A stretch of DNA of 64,000 nt from an uncultured Anaerolineae bacterium. Lineage in GTDB: Bacteria; Chloroflexota; Anaerolineae; Fen-1058. The translations under genes and the position numbers were made by a program. Numbering within the stretch: the first letter of the stretch is position 1; each line of letters opens with the position of its first letter. Under the pieces are notes generated by a model. It saw only the letters and a list, made by a program, of their open reading frames with translations, had not been told where the DNA came from and made no database searches. The stretch lies in contig CAYNML010000022.1 in NCBI GenBank assembly GCA_964398185.1, positions 6,877-70,876 on the forward strand, given 5' to 3'. This document shows positions 52,042 to 59,897 of this stretch, one piece after another.

Positions 52042-52899
52042 ATGAAGATTGTCACCGATAGCGCCGTCGATCTGCCGGAGGAGATGTTCGCGCAGTACGG
52101 GGTGGAACGTATGCCGTTGTTGATCAACTTCGGCACCGAGTCGCTGCGCAGTGGTATCGACATTCAACCCGAAGAGTTCTATCGCCGCCTGGCCGCCGAT
52201 CCCGATCATTTGCCGACGACGGCCCAGCCCTCGGTGGGCGAATTTGTGGAGTTGTACCGGCGCGTTGGACAGCTGGATAAGGACATCGTGTCGCTGCACG
52301 TGTCGTCGGGGTTGAGCGGCACCATCAATTCGGCGGCGCAGGCGGCCAAGCAGTGCCCTGAGTTGAACATCACGCTGATCGATACCAAGACGCTGTCCGC
52401 CGCGGAAGGTTTCCAGATTGTGGCGGCGGCGCAGGCGATCCGGCGCGGTTGGCCGCTGGAGAAATTGAAGCAGCGCGTGCAGGACGTGGCCGATCAGACC
52501 GACATCTTCTTCACGCTGGACACGCTGCACTATCTGCAAAAAGGTGGGCGCATCGGACGCGTGCAGGCCATGGCCGGATCGCTGTTGAACTTGAAGCCGG
52601 TGATCACGGTGGACAAAGGGCCGGGCACCTACATCACCGTGGCGAAGGGACGCAGCATGTCCAAGTCGATCACGCTCATCGCCGATCAGGTGCAGGAGAA
52701 GATGAAGAGTCGCCCCGCGTGGGTGCACGTGCTGCATACTAACTCACCGGTCATGGCGCAGCAGTTGGCCGAATGGGTGACACAGCGCCTGCCCACCGCG
52801 AAGATCACCACCGGCCAGATCGTGCCGGTGCTGGGGGTGCATACCGGGCCGGGCTGCGTGGGCGCGGTGTGCGGACCGCTGGATGTGTTGGACGAGTAG
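52042..52899 (+). CDS. DegV-family fatty-acid-binding protein
   Basis: MKIVTDSAVDLPEE...SLHVSSGLSGT are the DegV motifs. Confidence 0.85.
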   Translation: MKIVTDSAVDLPEEMFAQYGVERMPLLINFGTESLRSGIDIQPEEFYRRLAADPDHLPTTAQPSVGEFVELYRRVGQLDKDIVSLHVSSGLSGTINSAAQAAKQCPELNITLIDTKTLSAAEGFQIVAAAQAIRRGWPLEKLKQRVQDVADQTDIFFTLDTLHYLQKGGRIGRVQAMAGSLLNLKPVITVDKGPGTYITVAKGRSMSKSITLIADQVQEKMKSRPAWVHVLHTNSPVMAQQLAEWVTQRLPTAKITTGQIVPVLGVHTGPGCVGAVCGPLDVLDE

Positions 52900-52908
52900 A
52901 CAAGGAAT

Positions 52909-52958
52909 AGGAAACAAGTAGACAAAGAGGCTTGGTTTTCTTGCTTACTTGTTTCCTT
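52909..52958. repeat. hairpin repeat family E (GGAAACAAGTAG ... CTACTTGTTTCC)
   Basis: Perfect 11-bp arms. A single-arm related copy lies at 63723-63750. Confidence 0.65.
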
Positions 52959-52984
52959 AGCTACTTTTGCGAAAGGAACGACGC

Positions 52985-53446
52985 ATGGCCACCAAGAAGA
53001 CCGTGAAGAAAACTGTTGCGAAGAAAACTACCACGAAGAAAACCGTTGCTGCGCCAAAAGCCACCAAGCGCACCGTCATCAGTACCGAGCTGGCGCCCAA
53101 AGCCATCGGGCCGTATTCGCAGGCGATCCGCGTGAACGGCCTGGTGTTCTGCGCCGGGCAGACGCCGATCGATCCGGCGGTGGGCCAGCTCATCGAGGGT
53201 GATGTGCCTGCCCAGACGCGGCGCGTGCTGGAGAATCTCAGCGCCATTCTGGAGGCGGCGGGCACGTCGCTGGCGAAGGTGGTGAAGACTACCGTGTTCC
53301 TGACCGACATGGCGAACTTCAAGGCGATGAATGAAGTCTACGCCGAGTTTTTCCCGGAGCATCCGCCGGCGCGATCGACCATCGCCGTGGCCGGGCTGCC
53401 GCTGGGCGCGCAAGTGGAAATCGAGTGCATCGCTCTTGGTAGTTAG
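52985..53446 (+). CDS. RidA/YjgF family deaminase with a ~28-aa Lys/Thr-rich N-terminal extension
   Basis: AAAGGA RBS. MATKKTVKKTVAKKTTTKKTVAAPKATKRT then canonical RidA (APKAIGPYSQA...). Confidence 0.8.
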   Translation: MATKKTVKKTVAKKTTTKKTVAAPKATKRTVISTELAPKAIGPYSQAIRVNGLVFCAGQTPIDPAVGQLIEGDVPAQTRRVLENLSAILEAAGTSLAKVVKTTVFLTDMANFKAMNEVYAEFFPEHPPARSTIAVAGLPLGAQVEIECIALGS

Positions 53447-53458
53447 TGGCTAGGGGTT

Positions 53459-53496
53459 GGTCGTTGGTTAGGCAGTGCGAATAACCAACGACCAAC
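53459..53496. repeat. hairpin repeat family F (GGTTGGTCGTTGGTTA ... TAACCAACGACCAACC) plus an extra ACCAACGACCAA copy
   Basis: Read directly between the ridA stop and the response-regulator start. Confidence 0.65.
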
Positions 53497-53508
53497 CACC
53501 AACGACCA

Positions 53509-54192
53509 ATGACTAAAGAAACCATCCTCGTCGTCGACGACGAACAGAACATCATCGAACTGGCGCGGCTGTACCTGGAGCAGGACGGCTTTCGCGTCGA
53601 ACAGGCCAACACCGGCCGGCAGGCGCTGGATAAGATCAAGCAGGTCGATCCGGCGCTGCTGATCCTTGATCTGATGCTGCCCGAGATCGACGGCTGGGAA
53701 GTGTGCCGCCGGGTGCGCGCGGCGAGCGACTTGCCGATTATCATGCTCACCGCGCGCGATGAGGATGTCGATAAGATCGTCGGGCTGGAGTTGGGCGCCG
53801 ACGATTATATGACTAAGCCCTTCAATCCGCGCGAGTTGGTGGCGCGCGTCAAGGCGATCCTGCGCCGATCGGAGCGCGCGGCGTCGCCGCCGAGGACCTA
53901 TCGGATTGGCGATCTCACGATCGATCCGGCGCGGCGCGAGGTGACGGTGGCCGGCCAACCGATCGATCTCCGCACGAAAGAGTTCGACTGCCTGCTCACG
54001 CTGGCCGAGCACAAGGGCATCGTGTTGAGCCGCGAGAAGCTGCTGGAACTGGCGTGGGGCTACGACTTCGCCGGGCAGACGCGCACGGTGGATGTGCACG
54101 TGGCGCACCTGCGCAAGAAGCTCAGCCACAGCGCCGCGCAGATCGAAACGGTGACGGGCGTGGGTTACAAGCTAATTAACAATGATCAATGA
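53509..54192 (+). CDS. OmpR/PhoB-family response regulator (REC + winged helix), no cognate kinase adjacent
   Basis: ILVVDDE...D...LILDLMLP, T/K. C-terminal wHTH ending GVGYKLI. Confidence 0.85.
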   Translation: MTKETILVVDDEQNIIELARLYLEQDGFRVEQANTGRQALDKIKQVDPALLILDLMLPEIDGWEVCRRVRAASDLPIIMLTARDEDVDKIVGLELGADDYMTKPFNPRELVARVKAILRRSERAASPPRTYRIGDLTIDPARREVTVAGQPIDLRTKEFDCLLTLAEHKGIVLSREKLLELAWGYDFAGQTRTVDVHVAHLRKKLSHSAAQIETVTGVGYKLINNDQ

Positions 54193-54236
54193 ACAATGAT
54201 CAATGAACAATGATCAATGAACAATGAGTAATGACA
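54178..54236. repeat. 3.5 tandem copies of a 15-bp unit ACAATGATCAATGA(A) spanning the regulator stop codon and the NUDIX start
   Basis: aacaatgatcaatga x3 then acaatgagtaatgac. Confidence 0.7.
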
Positions 54237-54871
54237 AATGCCCGGTGAAAGAGTGGGGACTCGACGAGATTCGCGCGGCGCTGCATAAGCCGCTGCCCGG
54301 GCTGGCAGCGCAATTAAAGCTGGCGCCGGAGTATCGCGTGGAGAGTCTGCGCGCTACGCCGCCCGCCGATGCACGGGCCGCAGGCGTGTTGATTCTGCTG
54401 TATCAATATGACGGCAGGTGGCACTTCCCGCTGATGAAGCGCGTGGAGGATGGGCTGGTGCACAGCGGGCAAATCTCGCTGCCGGGCGGCTCGCAAGAGC
54501 CGGGCGAGTCGCTGCGTGAGACGGCGCTGCGCGAAGCGTGCGAAGAGATTGGCGCGGCCTGCGCTGAAGTGGAAGTGCTGGGCCAGCTCTCCACGATCTA
54601 CATTCCGCCCAGCAATTTTCTCGTCACCCCCACGGTGGGTTATGCCAGCGAGCGCCCGGACTTCCGCTGCGATCCGCGCGAAGTGGCCGAGCTGATCGAG
54701 GTGCCGTTGCGTGTGTTGTTCGATCGGGATGTGGTGCGCCGCGAGCCGTGGCCTCTGCGCGGCGTGACGGTGGAAGTGCCGTTCTATCAAATCGGCCCGC
54801 ACAAGGTGTGGGGCGCGACGGCGATGATCTTAAGCGAGTTCAGCCTGCTGCTCGCGGAAATGGATGTGTGA
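54224..54871 (+). CDS. NUDIX hydrolase, CoA pyrophosphatase (NudL-like)
   Basis: NUDIX box GGSQEPGESLRETALREACEEIG. NudL-type upstream motif LLYQYDG...PLMKR. Confidence 0.75.
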   Translation: MSNDKCPVKEWGLDEIRAALHKPLPGLAAQLKLAPEYRVESLRATPPADARAAGVLILLYQYDGRWHFPLMKRVEDGLVHSGQISLPGGSQEPGESLRETALREACEEIGAACAEVEVLGQLSTIYIPPSNFLVTPTVGYASERPDFRCDPREVAELIEVPLRVLFDRDVVRREPWPLRGVTVEVPFYQIGPHKVWGATAMILSEFSLLLAEMDV

Positions 54872-55518
54872 TGAAAGAACTCGAAGCACCGGCGGCGGCG
54901 TTCAATCAGCCGCGCGAATGGCTGCGCTGGACAGCGGCAACAGCCGGCGGGTGGGTCCTGGGCTCGGCCATCAGCTACGTCCTGTCGCTGCTGTTCAGCC
55001 TGACCGGGCTGAGCGCCGCGCTGGATGCCAATCCGGCTGATTTGCCACAAGAAACCATGCTGCTGCTGATGGGGGTCTCGGTGCTGATGTTGTTGATCAT
55101 CGGTGTGAGCGTGGGCGCTTTGCAATGGCTGGTGCTGCGGCGGCACGTGCCGGGACTGCAGCGCTGGGCCATCTTCACCGGGTTGGGGTTTGCGTTGGGG
55201 GCGTTTATCTTTCTGGCCTTTATGGGGCTGGGCGTGGGCCTGCTGCAGTGGCTGTTGCTGCGTCGCGATTTAAACAAGACTGGCTGGTGGCCGGTCATGA
55301 GCGCCGTGGCCTGGCCGCTGGGCTATATGCTCGGCGGCGGCCTGGGTGTGACGGTGGGGCAAGCCCTCGGCTCGCCGCTGGTGCTCAACCTGCTGGGCGG
55401 GCTGCTGACCGGCGCCATCATCGGCGCGGTGACGGGCGCGGTGCTGTTGTGGCTGCTGCGCGAGAATCGTGCGCTGCTGGACGGGTTGCGCGCCGAGGCG
55501 GAACAGGCTGGGCAATGA
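54871..55518 (+). CDS. hypothetical polytopic membrane protein
   Basis: TGATG overlap with the NUDIX stop. 215 aa, six hydrophobic helices. The upstream track extension lacks a start context. Confidence 0.5.
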   Translation: MKELEAPAAAFNQPREWLRWTAATAGGWVLGSAISYVLSLLFSLTGLSAALDANPADLPQETMLLLMGVSVLMLLIIGVSVGALQWLVLRRHVPGLQRWAIFTGLGFALGAFIFLAFMGLGVGLLQWLLLRRDLNKTGWWPVMSAVAWPLGYMLGGGLGVTVGQALGSPLVLNLLGGLLTGAIIGAVTGAVLLWLLRENRALLDGLRAEAEQAGQ

Positions 55519-55967
55519 ACAAAACAGAATTGTTGGCCAACATCCGCTCGGGCCGCAAGCAATTGGAAGTCGCCCTGGCGCGCTTCAGCGAGGCAGAACT
55601 GCTGGCGCCCCAGCTGCACGGCGGCTGGTCGCTCAAAGATCTCATCGCGCACTTCGGGTTCTGGGAAGGCCGCATCGTCACGCTGTACGGCCACTTGCTG
55701 CGCGATGAAAAACCGGCCGACGAACCGGCGCTGGACGAACTCAACGCGCAGGCGTTTGCTCACTCGCAAACGCGGTCGCTCGACGAGGTGCGGCGTGACG
55801 AGCGCGCGGCCTACACCCAATTGCTCACCATCGCAGTCGAGGCTTCCGAGGAGACGTTGTTCAATCCGCTGAAATTTGCGTGGACGCAGGGCCGGCCGTT
55901 CGCGGAGTGGATTGAGAACAACACTTACGGTCACTACGAGGAACACGCCGGGGATTTGCGAAGGTAA
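55515..55967 (+). CDS. ClbS/DfsB-family four-helix-bundle protein (DUF1706)
   Basis: ATGA overlap. MNKTELLANIRSGRKQLEVALARFSEAELLAP...WSLKDLIAHFGFWE is the family pattern. Confidence 0.65.
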   Translation: MNKTELLANIRSGRKQLEVALARFSEAELLAPQLHGGWSLKDLIAHFGFWEGRIVTLYGHLLRDEKPADEPALDELNAQAFAHSQTRSLDEVRRDERAAYTQLLTIAVEASEETLFNPLKFAWTQGRPFAEWIENNTYGHYEEHAGDLRR

Positions 55968-55999
55968 TGCGTGCTGCGTCAAGCGCAGGCCGTTACGCA

Positions 56000-56434
56000 T
56001 TACGGATTTTGCAGCACCTCATCCAGAATCGGCTGCAGCACCACGATCACCTGCGCCAGTCGCGCCGCCACCCGATCGACATACGCGGCGTTAAAGGTCT
56101 CCATCGGGATGGTCTCGTAGACCTTGGTCCAGCCGCGATCCCACATCTCCGCTTCGATCCGATCCCCCAGTTCTACTTTGATCTCGAAGAGATGCTGCAT
56201 GAAACCGTTGAGCCAACGTGCATTGGCGGCGGAATTACGGCTCTCAAAATGCAAGCCGATCTCCAGCTCGGCGCGTTTGATGCCGAGGGTCACCACTTCA
56301 TAATGCACGTGCGGATCGGCGTAGTACAACTGCACCAGCCACGATCGTCTGGCGACCTTGAAGTCTTGCAGTGCCGGGGGAAGTTTCGCCTGCGCTGCCG
56401 GGGGAATGGCGCGCATCAGCTCGTCGAGTCGCAT
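56000..56434 (-). CDS. hypothetical protein
   Basis: 144-aa ORF, coding-like. No family recognised. Confidence 0.45.
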   Translation of the reverse strand: MRLDELMRAIPPAAQAKLPPALQDFKVARRSWLVQLYYADPHVHYEVVTLGIKRAELEIGLHFESRNSAANARWLNGFMQHLFEIKVELGDRIEAEMWDRGWTKVYETIPMETFNAAYVDRVAARLAQVIVVLQPILDEVLQNP

Positions 56435-56444
56435 ACGGTGTATA

Positions 56445-56541
56445 GACCTGGCAGGTATTGTACGGCCGCGTTGGCGTGTTTCCAGTCAAGTGGTGCGCGG
56501 TGCTGAAGACCTTACGGGCAGGCGGAAACCTGCCAGGTCTT
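56445..56541. repeat. inverted-repeat element family B copy 2
   Basis: tagacctggcaggt...aaacctgccaggtct. Same termini as copy 1 and a similar length (97 bp) with a different core. Confidence 0.7.
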
Positions 56542-56546
56542 CTGCC

Positions 56547-57020
56547 TCAACGGCGTAAGGTCGCAACCAGCCGCTTCGGATACAGCAGCACCCCAAGCGC
56601 GTCAAAGATGTTGTGCGTCACCACATCGGCGGCGGCCAGCGCCTCGAAGGCCGCGCCCTCGTGGCCGATGACGGCGATGCCCAGCGCGGCGACCTTCAGC
56701 ATGTCCACATCATTTCCCCCGTTGCCGATGGCGACGACTTTGCCGGCGCCCAGCGTGCGGACGTAGTCGGCTTTTTGTTCGCGCTCGTGGCCGCCGGGCT
56801 TCAGCCGATCGGCGCTGAACTTCAACTGGCGATCGATCTCGGCCTGCTTGCCGTGCGTGTCCGCCGTGAGCAGGCGCACCTCCAGCTTGCCGCGCAGCTG
56901 CGCGATGAGCGGCTCCACGCCTTTGATGAGCTGCCCGTCGACGGCCAGCGTGCCGTTCACGTCGAAGACCGCGTATTCCAGTTCGATGATGCCCCGGCCG
57001 GGGATGGCTAGTTCGATCAT
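56547..57020 (-). CDS. HAD-superfamily hydrolase (P-type-ATPase-like soluble HAD domain)
   Basis: DxDGT motif region (FDVNGTL), motif III/IV (GNGGNDVDM). Confidence 0.65.
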   Translation of the reverse strand: MIELAIPGRGIIELEYAVFDVNGTLAVDGQLIKGVEPLIAQLRGKLEVRLLTADTHGKQAEIDRQLKFSADRLKPGGHEREQKADYVRTLGAGKVVAIGNGGNDVDMLKVAALGIAVIGHEGAAFEALAAADVVTHNIFDALGVLLYPKRLVATLRR

Positions 57021-57036
57021 GAGGCCCTCTGAAACA

Positions 57037-57123
57037 CGTCATGGCGAGGAGGCCGCAAACCGACGAGGCAATCTCGTGATCGTTGGAGGAGATTGCTTCG
57101 GCCCTGCGGGCCTCGCAATGACG
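57037..57123. repeat. REP-like nested palindrome, family A copy 3
   Basis: cgtcatggcgagg...gaggcaatctc...gagattgcttc...cctcgcaatgacg. Confidence 0.7.
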
Positions 57124-57127
57124 GAAC

Positions 57128-58012
57128 TCAATAATTCCACACCGTCAATTCCTGCCCGCCGCCGCGCGCGTCCGGCGCGCTGTTGATGTTGCGCGCCGTC
57201 TCAAAGGCCTGCATACGGATCACTACCCCGCGCTCCTCAAAGGCCGATCGGTACAGCTCGCGCACTTGAGGCGTGTCCGCATTGTTGATCAGCACGTAGC
57301 AGCCGCGCCGCGCCGCCCGTGCCAGCCACTTGGCCAGCCGCTGCTGCTCGCTCCAACCAAAGCCGCGTGAAGTGTAGGCGGTGAAATTCGCGGTGCGGCT
57401 CAACGGCTGATACGGCGGATCGACGTAGATAAAGTCGCCCTTGCGCGCCAGCCGCAGCGGCTGGGCGAAATCGCTGCACATTAAATCGACACGCTGCAGA
57501 GCCAGGTGCGCGGCTTTCAAGACATCCCGATCGAGCACGGTGGGATGCTTGTAGCGCCCGAACGGCACATTGAAATAGCCGCTCTGGTTCACGCGATACA
57601 GGCCATTATAGCCGGTCTTGTTCAAGAAGATCGTGCGCGCGGCGCGCACCGGCAGCGGCCACTGCGCAAAGTCCGGTTCGCGATCGAGATTGCGGATGGC
57701 GTAATAGTAATCGGGATCGTTGACGTGCGCCTGATGCCGGGCCAGTTCGTCGATCAACTCGTCGAGATGATCGCGCACCGCCTGATAGACCGACATCAAT
57801 TCACCGTTAAAATCGTTGAGGATGGCGGGCACCACGCGCAGCCGGGGATTCGCACCGATGCGGCCCAGGTTGTACAGCCGGAAGAAAACCGCGCCGGCCC
57901 CGGCGAACGGCTCGATATAGCGGTTGAACCTGGGCGGGAACAGCGGCTGCAAGCGATCGAGCAGCTGCCCTTTGCCCCCGGCCCATTTCAAAATCGGACG
58001 CGCGTCCGGCAT
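57128..58012 (-). CDS. Dam-family (D12 class) N6-adenine DNA methyltransferase, orphan
   Basis: ILKWAGGKGQLL...FAGAGAV (motif I/X) and DPPY. No restriction partner adjacent. Confidence 0.8.
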   Translation of the reverse strand: MPDARPILKWAGGKGQLLDRLQPLFPPRFNRYIEPFAGAGAVFFRLYNLGRIGANPRLRVVPAILNDFNGELMSVYQAVRDHLDELIDELARHQAHVNDPDYYYAIRNLDREPDFAQWPLPVRAARTIFLNKTGYNGLYRVNQSGYFNVPFGRYKHPTVLDRDVLKAAHLALQRVDLMCSDFAQPLRLARKGDFIYVDPPYQPLSRTANFTAYTSRGFGWSEQQRLAKWLARAARRGCYVLINNADTPQVRELYRSAFEERGVVIRMQAFETARNINSAPDARGGGQELTVWNY

Positions 58013-58019
58013 GAGAGAT

Positions 58020-58448
58020 TCACCTGAAGATTAAGCTGTGTCCCCGCGTTGGGCGCGCAGGCGTTGCACGGCGGTCTCGGTCAAGAGGTCGGTTTGTTGT
58101 TGCGGCCCGTCCAGAAAGAGCGTCAGGCGATTCAACACCGCGGCCCAGGATGAGTTCGTCGCCGCTCTCGTCGGCCACGACGTAGAGACCGGGTATGACG
58201 GTTGGGCCGATCTGCAATTCGACCAGGAATTTTTGCGCCTGTTGCCGCTCGCCGAAGTGACTGCGCAGCAGCGCCCAGCCGCTTTCCACGGCGTCGATTT
58301 CTGCCAGCCAGGCGCGCGGGATCAACGTGGCATCAGCGCCGGTATCGATCAGTGCGGATAAGGGGCCGCGCTGCCCGGTCTCACTACGCAGCGTAGCCTG
58401 CAACGCGGGGAAAGGCGGCCGGTAATCGGAGCGATGCGGCGTGTTCAT
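58020..58448 (-). CDS. retropepsin-like (clan AA) aspartic protease; 3' end possibly frameshifted
   Basis: Active-site ALIDTGADATLIP. After ...ELILGRG a +1 frame reads VLNRLTLFLDGPQQ..., the usual C-terminal pattern. Confidence 0.6.
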   Translation of the reverse strand: MNTPHRSDYRPPFPALQATLRSETGQRGPLSALIDTGADATLIPRAWLAEIDAVESGWALLRSHFGERQQAQKFLVELQIGPTVIPGLYVVADESGDELILGRGVESPDALSGRAATTNRPLDRDRRATPARPTRGHSLIFR

Positions 58449-58813
58449 TCAGTCACCAGGCGTGGGCTGCGGATTACAAACTCCTTGATCGGTTCTTCTT
58501 CGACCTGAGTGATCAGCACCGGCGTGTCACCGAAGCGGTCACGGATACGGTGCAGCAGCAGGGTTACATCAGGATCAACATCGACCAGCTGGCCGTCGTG
58601 AATCGCGACATGCTGATTCAGATACTTTGCTTTGAGCTCGGCATGCATGGCCTGATAGTGTACAAACTCAGCGTTGATCTTTTCGTGTCGTGCCTGCCGC
58701 AGGTACTGGCGCGCGAGGTCGTTCATCACGTCCTCAACGCTGGCGCCGCGTTCATCGGCCACGCGCTGTAATGATTGAGCTAACTTAGCATCCATCGGCA
58801 CTTGAGCCAGCAT
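58445..58813 (-). CDS. ribbon-helix-helix-like N-terminus + DUF5678-like C-terminal domain protein
   Basis: 4-nt overlap with the protease gene. HVAIHDGQLVDVDPD...LITQV resembles DUF5678 (recalled; uncertain). Confidence 0.45.
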   Translation of the reverse strand: MLAQVPMDAKLAQSLQRVADERGASVEDVMNDLARQYLRQARHEKINAEFVHYQAMHAELKAKYLNQHVAIHDGQLVDVDPDVTLLLHRIRDRFGDTPVLITQVEEEPIKEFVIRSPRLVTE

Positions 58814-59048
58814 GGCGAACCTCCTTACCGTACTTCACTGCCCAGATTGTAGCACAATCGAATGGGGAATGACGAATGCGGAAGGTGGAATGCCGATCGT
58901 CGAGTGGGTGTCGAGGCACGTCAGTCCCACACTGTAAGCGGGAATCCAGCGTTTGGCCGGGGCAGGTTACTTATCAGAAATTTGGATGTCCGATGAAGGC
59001 CCTCGGGCATGACGGATAAGCGACCGCGTTTTCTCTGGATGCTATTGG

Positions 59049-59804
59049 CTAGAGTTTCGCTCCCCGCGGCGTCATGAATTCTTCGATCACGCGCGTCATG
59101 CGTTGATAGTGCGAGCCTGGCCAGAAGACCTTGCCGCAGGCAGCGCAGCGCCAGAACTCCGTGTAGAAACGCGCAGCGTTTTCTGGCACTTCATCCTTCA
59201 CGTCATCCAATGCTGCGGATTGCAGCGGGCCGTTGCAGCTGAGACAGCGCGTGAAAGGTCTGGCCATGCGTTGAAGATCGAAGCGTGTCATCACTTCGCG
59301 CAGCTGCTCACGCGGCGCAGTGGCGCGCACCCAGTAACCATGGGTCACCGCGCTGCGCTTGAGCAAGCCTTGATCGCGCGTCAGCAAAATGCGCTGCTCA
59401 CTCTTTGAAATCTCAGCCAGCACCGCATCGTCGGCGTGATTCTGATACCATGTGTCGAAGCCCAGCATCCGCAGATACGCCGCCAACCGGCCGAGATGCC
59501 CGTCGAGCACGAAGCGGACTTCGCGCAGCGGCTGCGGGCGCAGACGGATCAGCGGGGTGATGTCCAGCGCCTCGAACACGGGATACACCGCCACCCGATC
59601 GCCCTCCTGCGGCTGATAGGCCCAGTCGACCGAGCGATCGTTGACGAGGATCAGATCGACTTCGGTGTGCGGCACACCCAGCGCTTCGATCAGATGCTTG
59701 ATCGACGGCGTGCCGCGCCATTCGTGCTCGAACGGTACCTGGCGCTGCGCAGGTGGCAGAAAATCGTTGAGCTCTTGGTAGAAGCGAAAGGTGGCGCGCG
59801 GCAT
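59049..59804 (-). CDS. Mut7-C RNase (PIN-like) domain protein with N-terminal ubiquitin-like domain and C-terminal Zn ribbon
   Basis: 251 aa. Two CxxC pairs (CLSCNG, CAACGK) at the C-terminus. DUF82/Mut7-C core. Confidence 0.65.
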   Translation of the reverse strand: MPRATFRFYQELNDFLPPAQRQVPFEHEWRGTPSIKHLIEALGVPHTEVDLILVNDRSVDWAYQPQEGDRVAVYPVFEALDITPLIRLRPQPLREVRFVLDGHLGRLAAYLRMLGFDTWYQNHADDAVLAEISKSEQRILLTRDQGLLKRSAVTHGYWVRATAPREQLREVMTRFDLQRMARPFTRCLSCNGPLQSAALDDVKDEVPENAARFYTEFWRCAACGKVFWPGSHYQRMTRVIEEFMTPRGAKL

Positions 59805-59811
59805 GGGGTGT

Positions 59812-59866
59812 AATGAGTAACGAGTAACGAGTAATGGTTTTACTCGTTACTCGTTACTCGTTTATG
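59812..59866. repeat. hairpin repeat family C copy (GTAACGAGTAACGAGTAATGG / TTACTCGTTACTCGTTAC)
   Basis: Read directly. Same word units as 27781-27838. Confidence 0.65.
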
Positions 59867-59897
59867 GGTTAGATTACCTCGCAATCAACAAGCAAAG

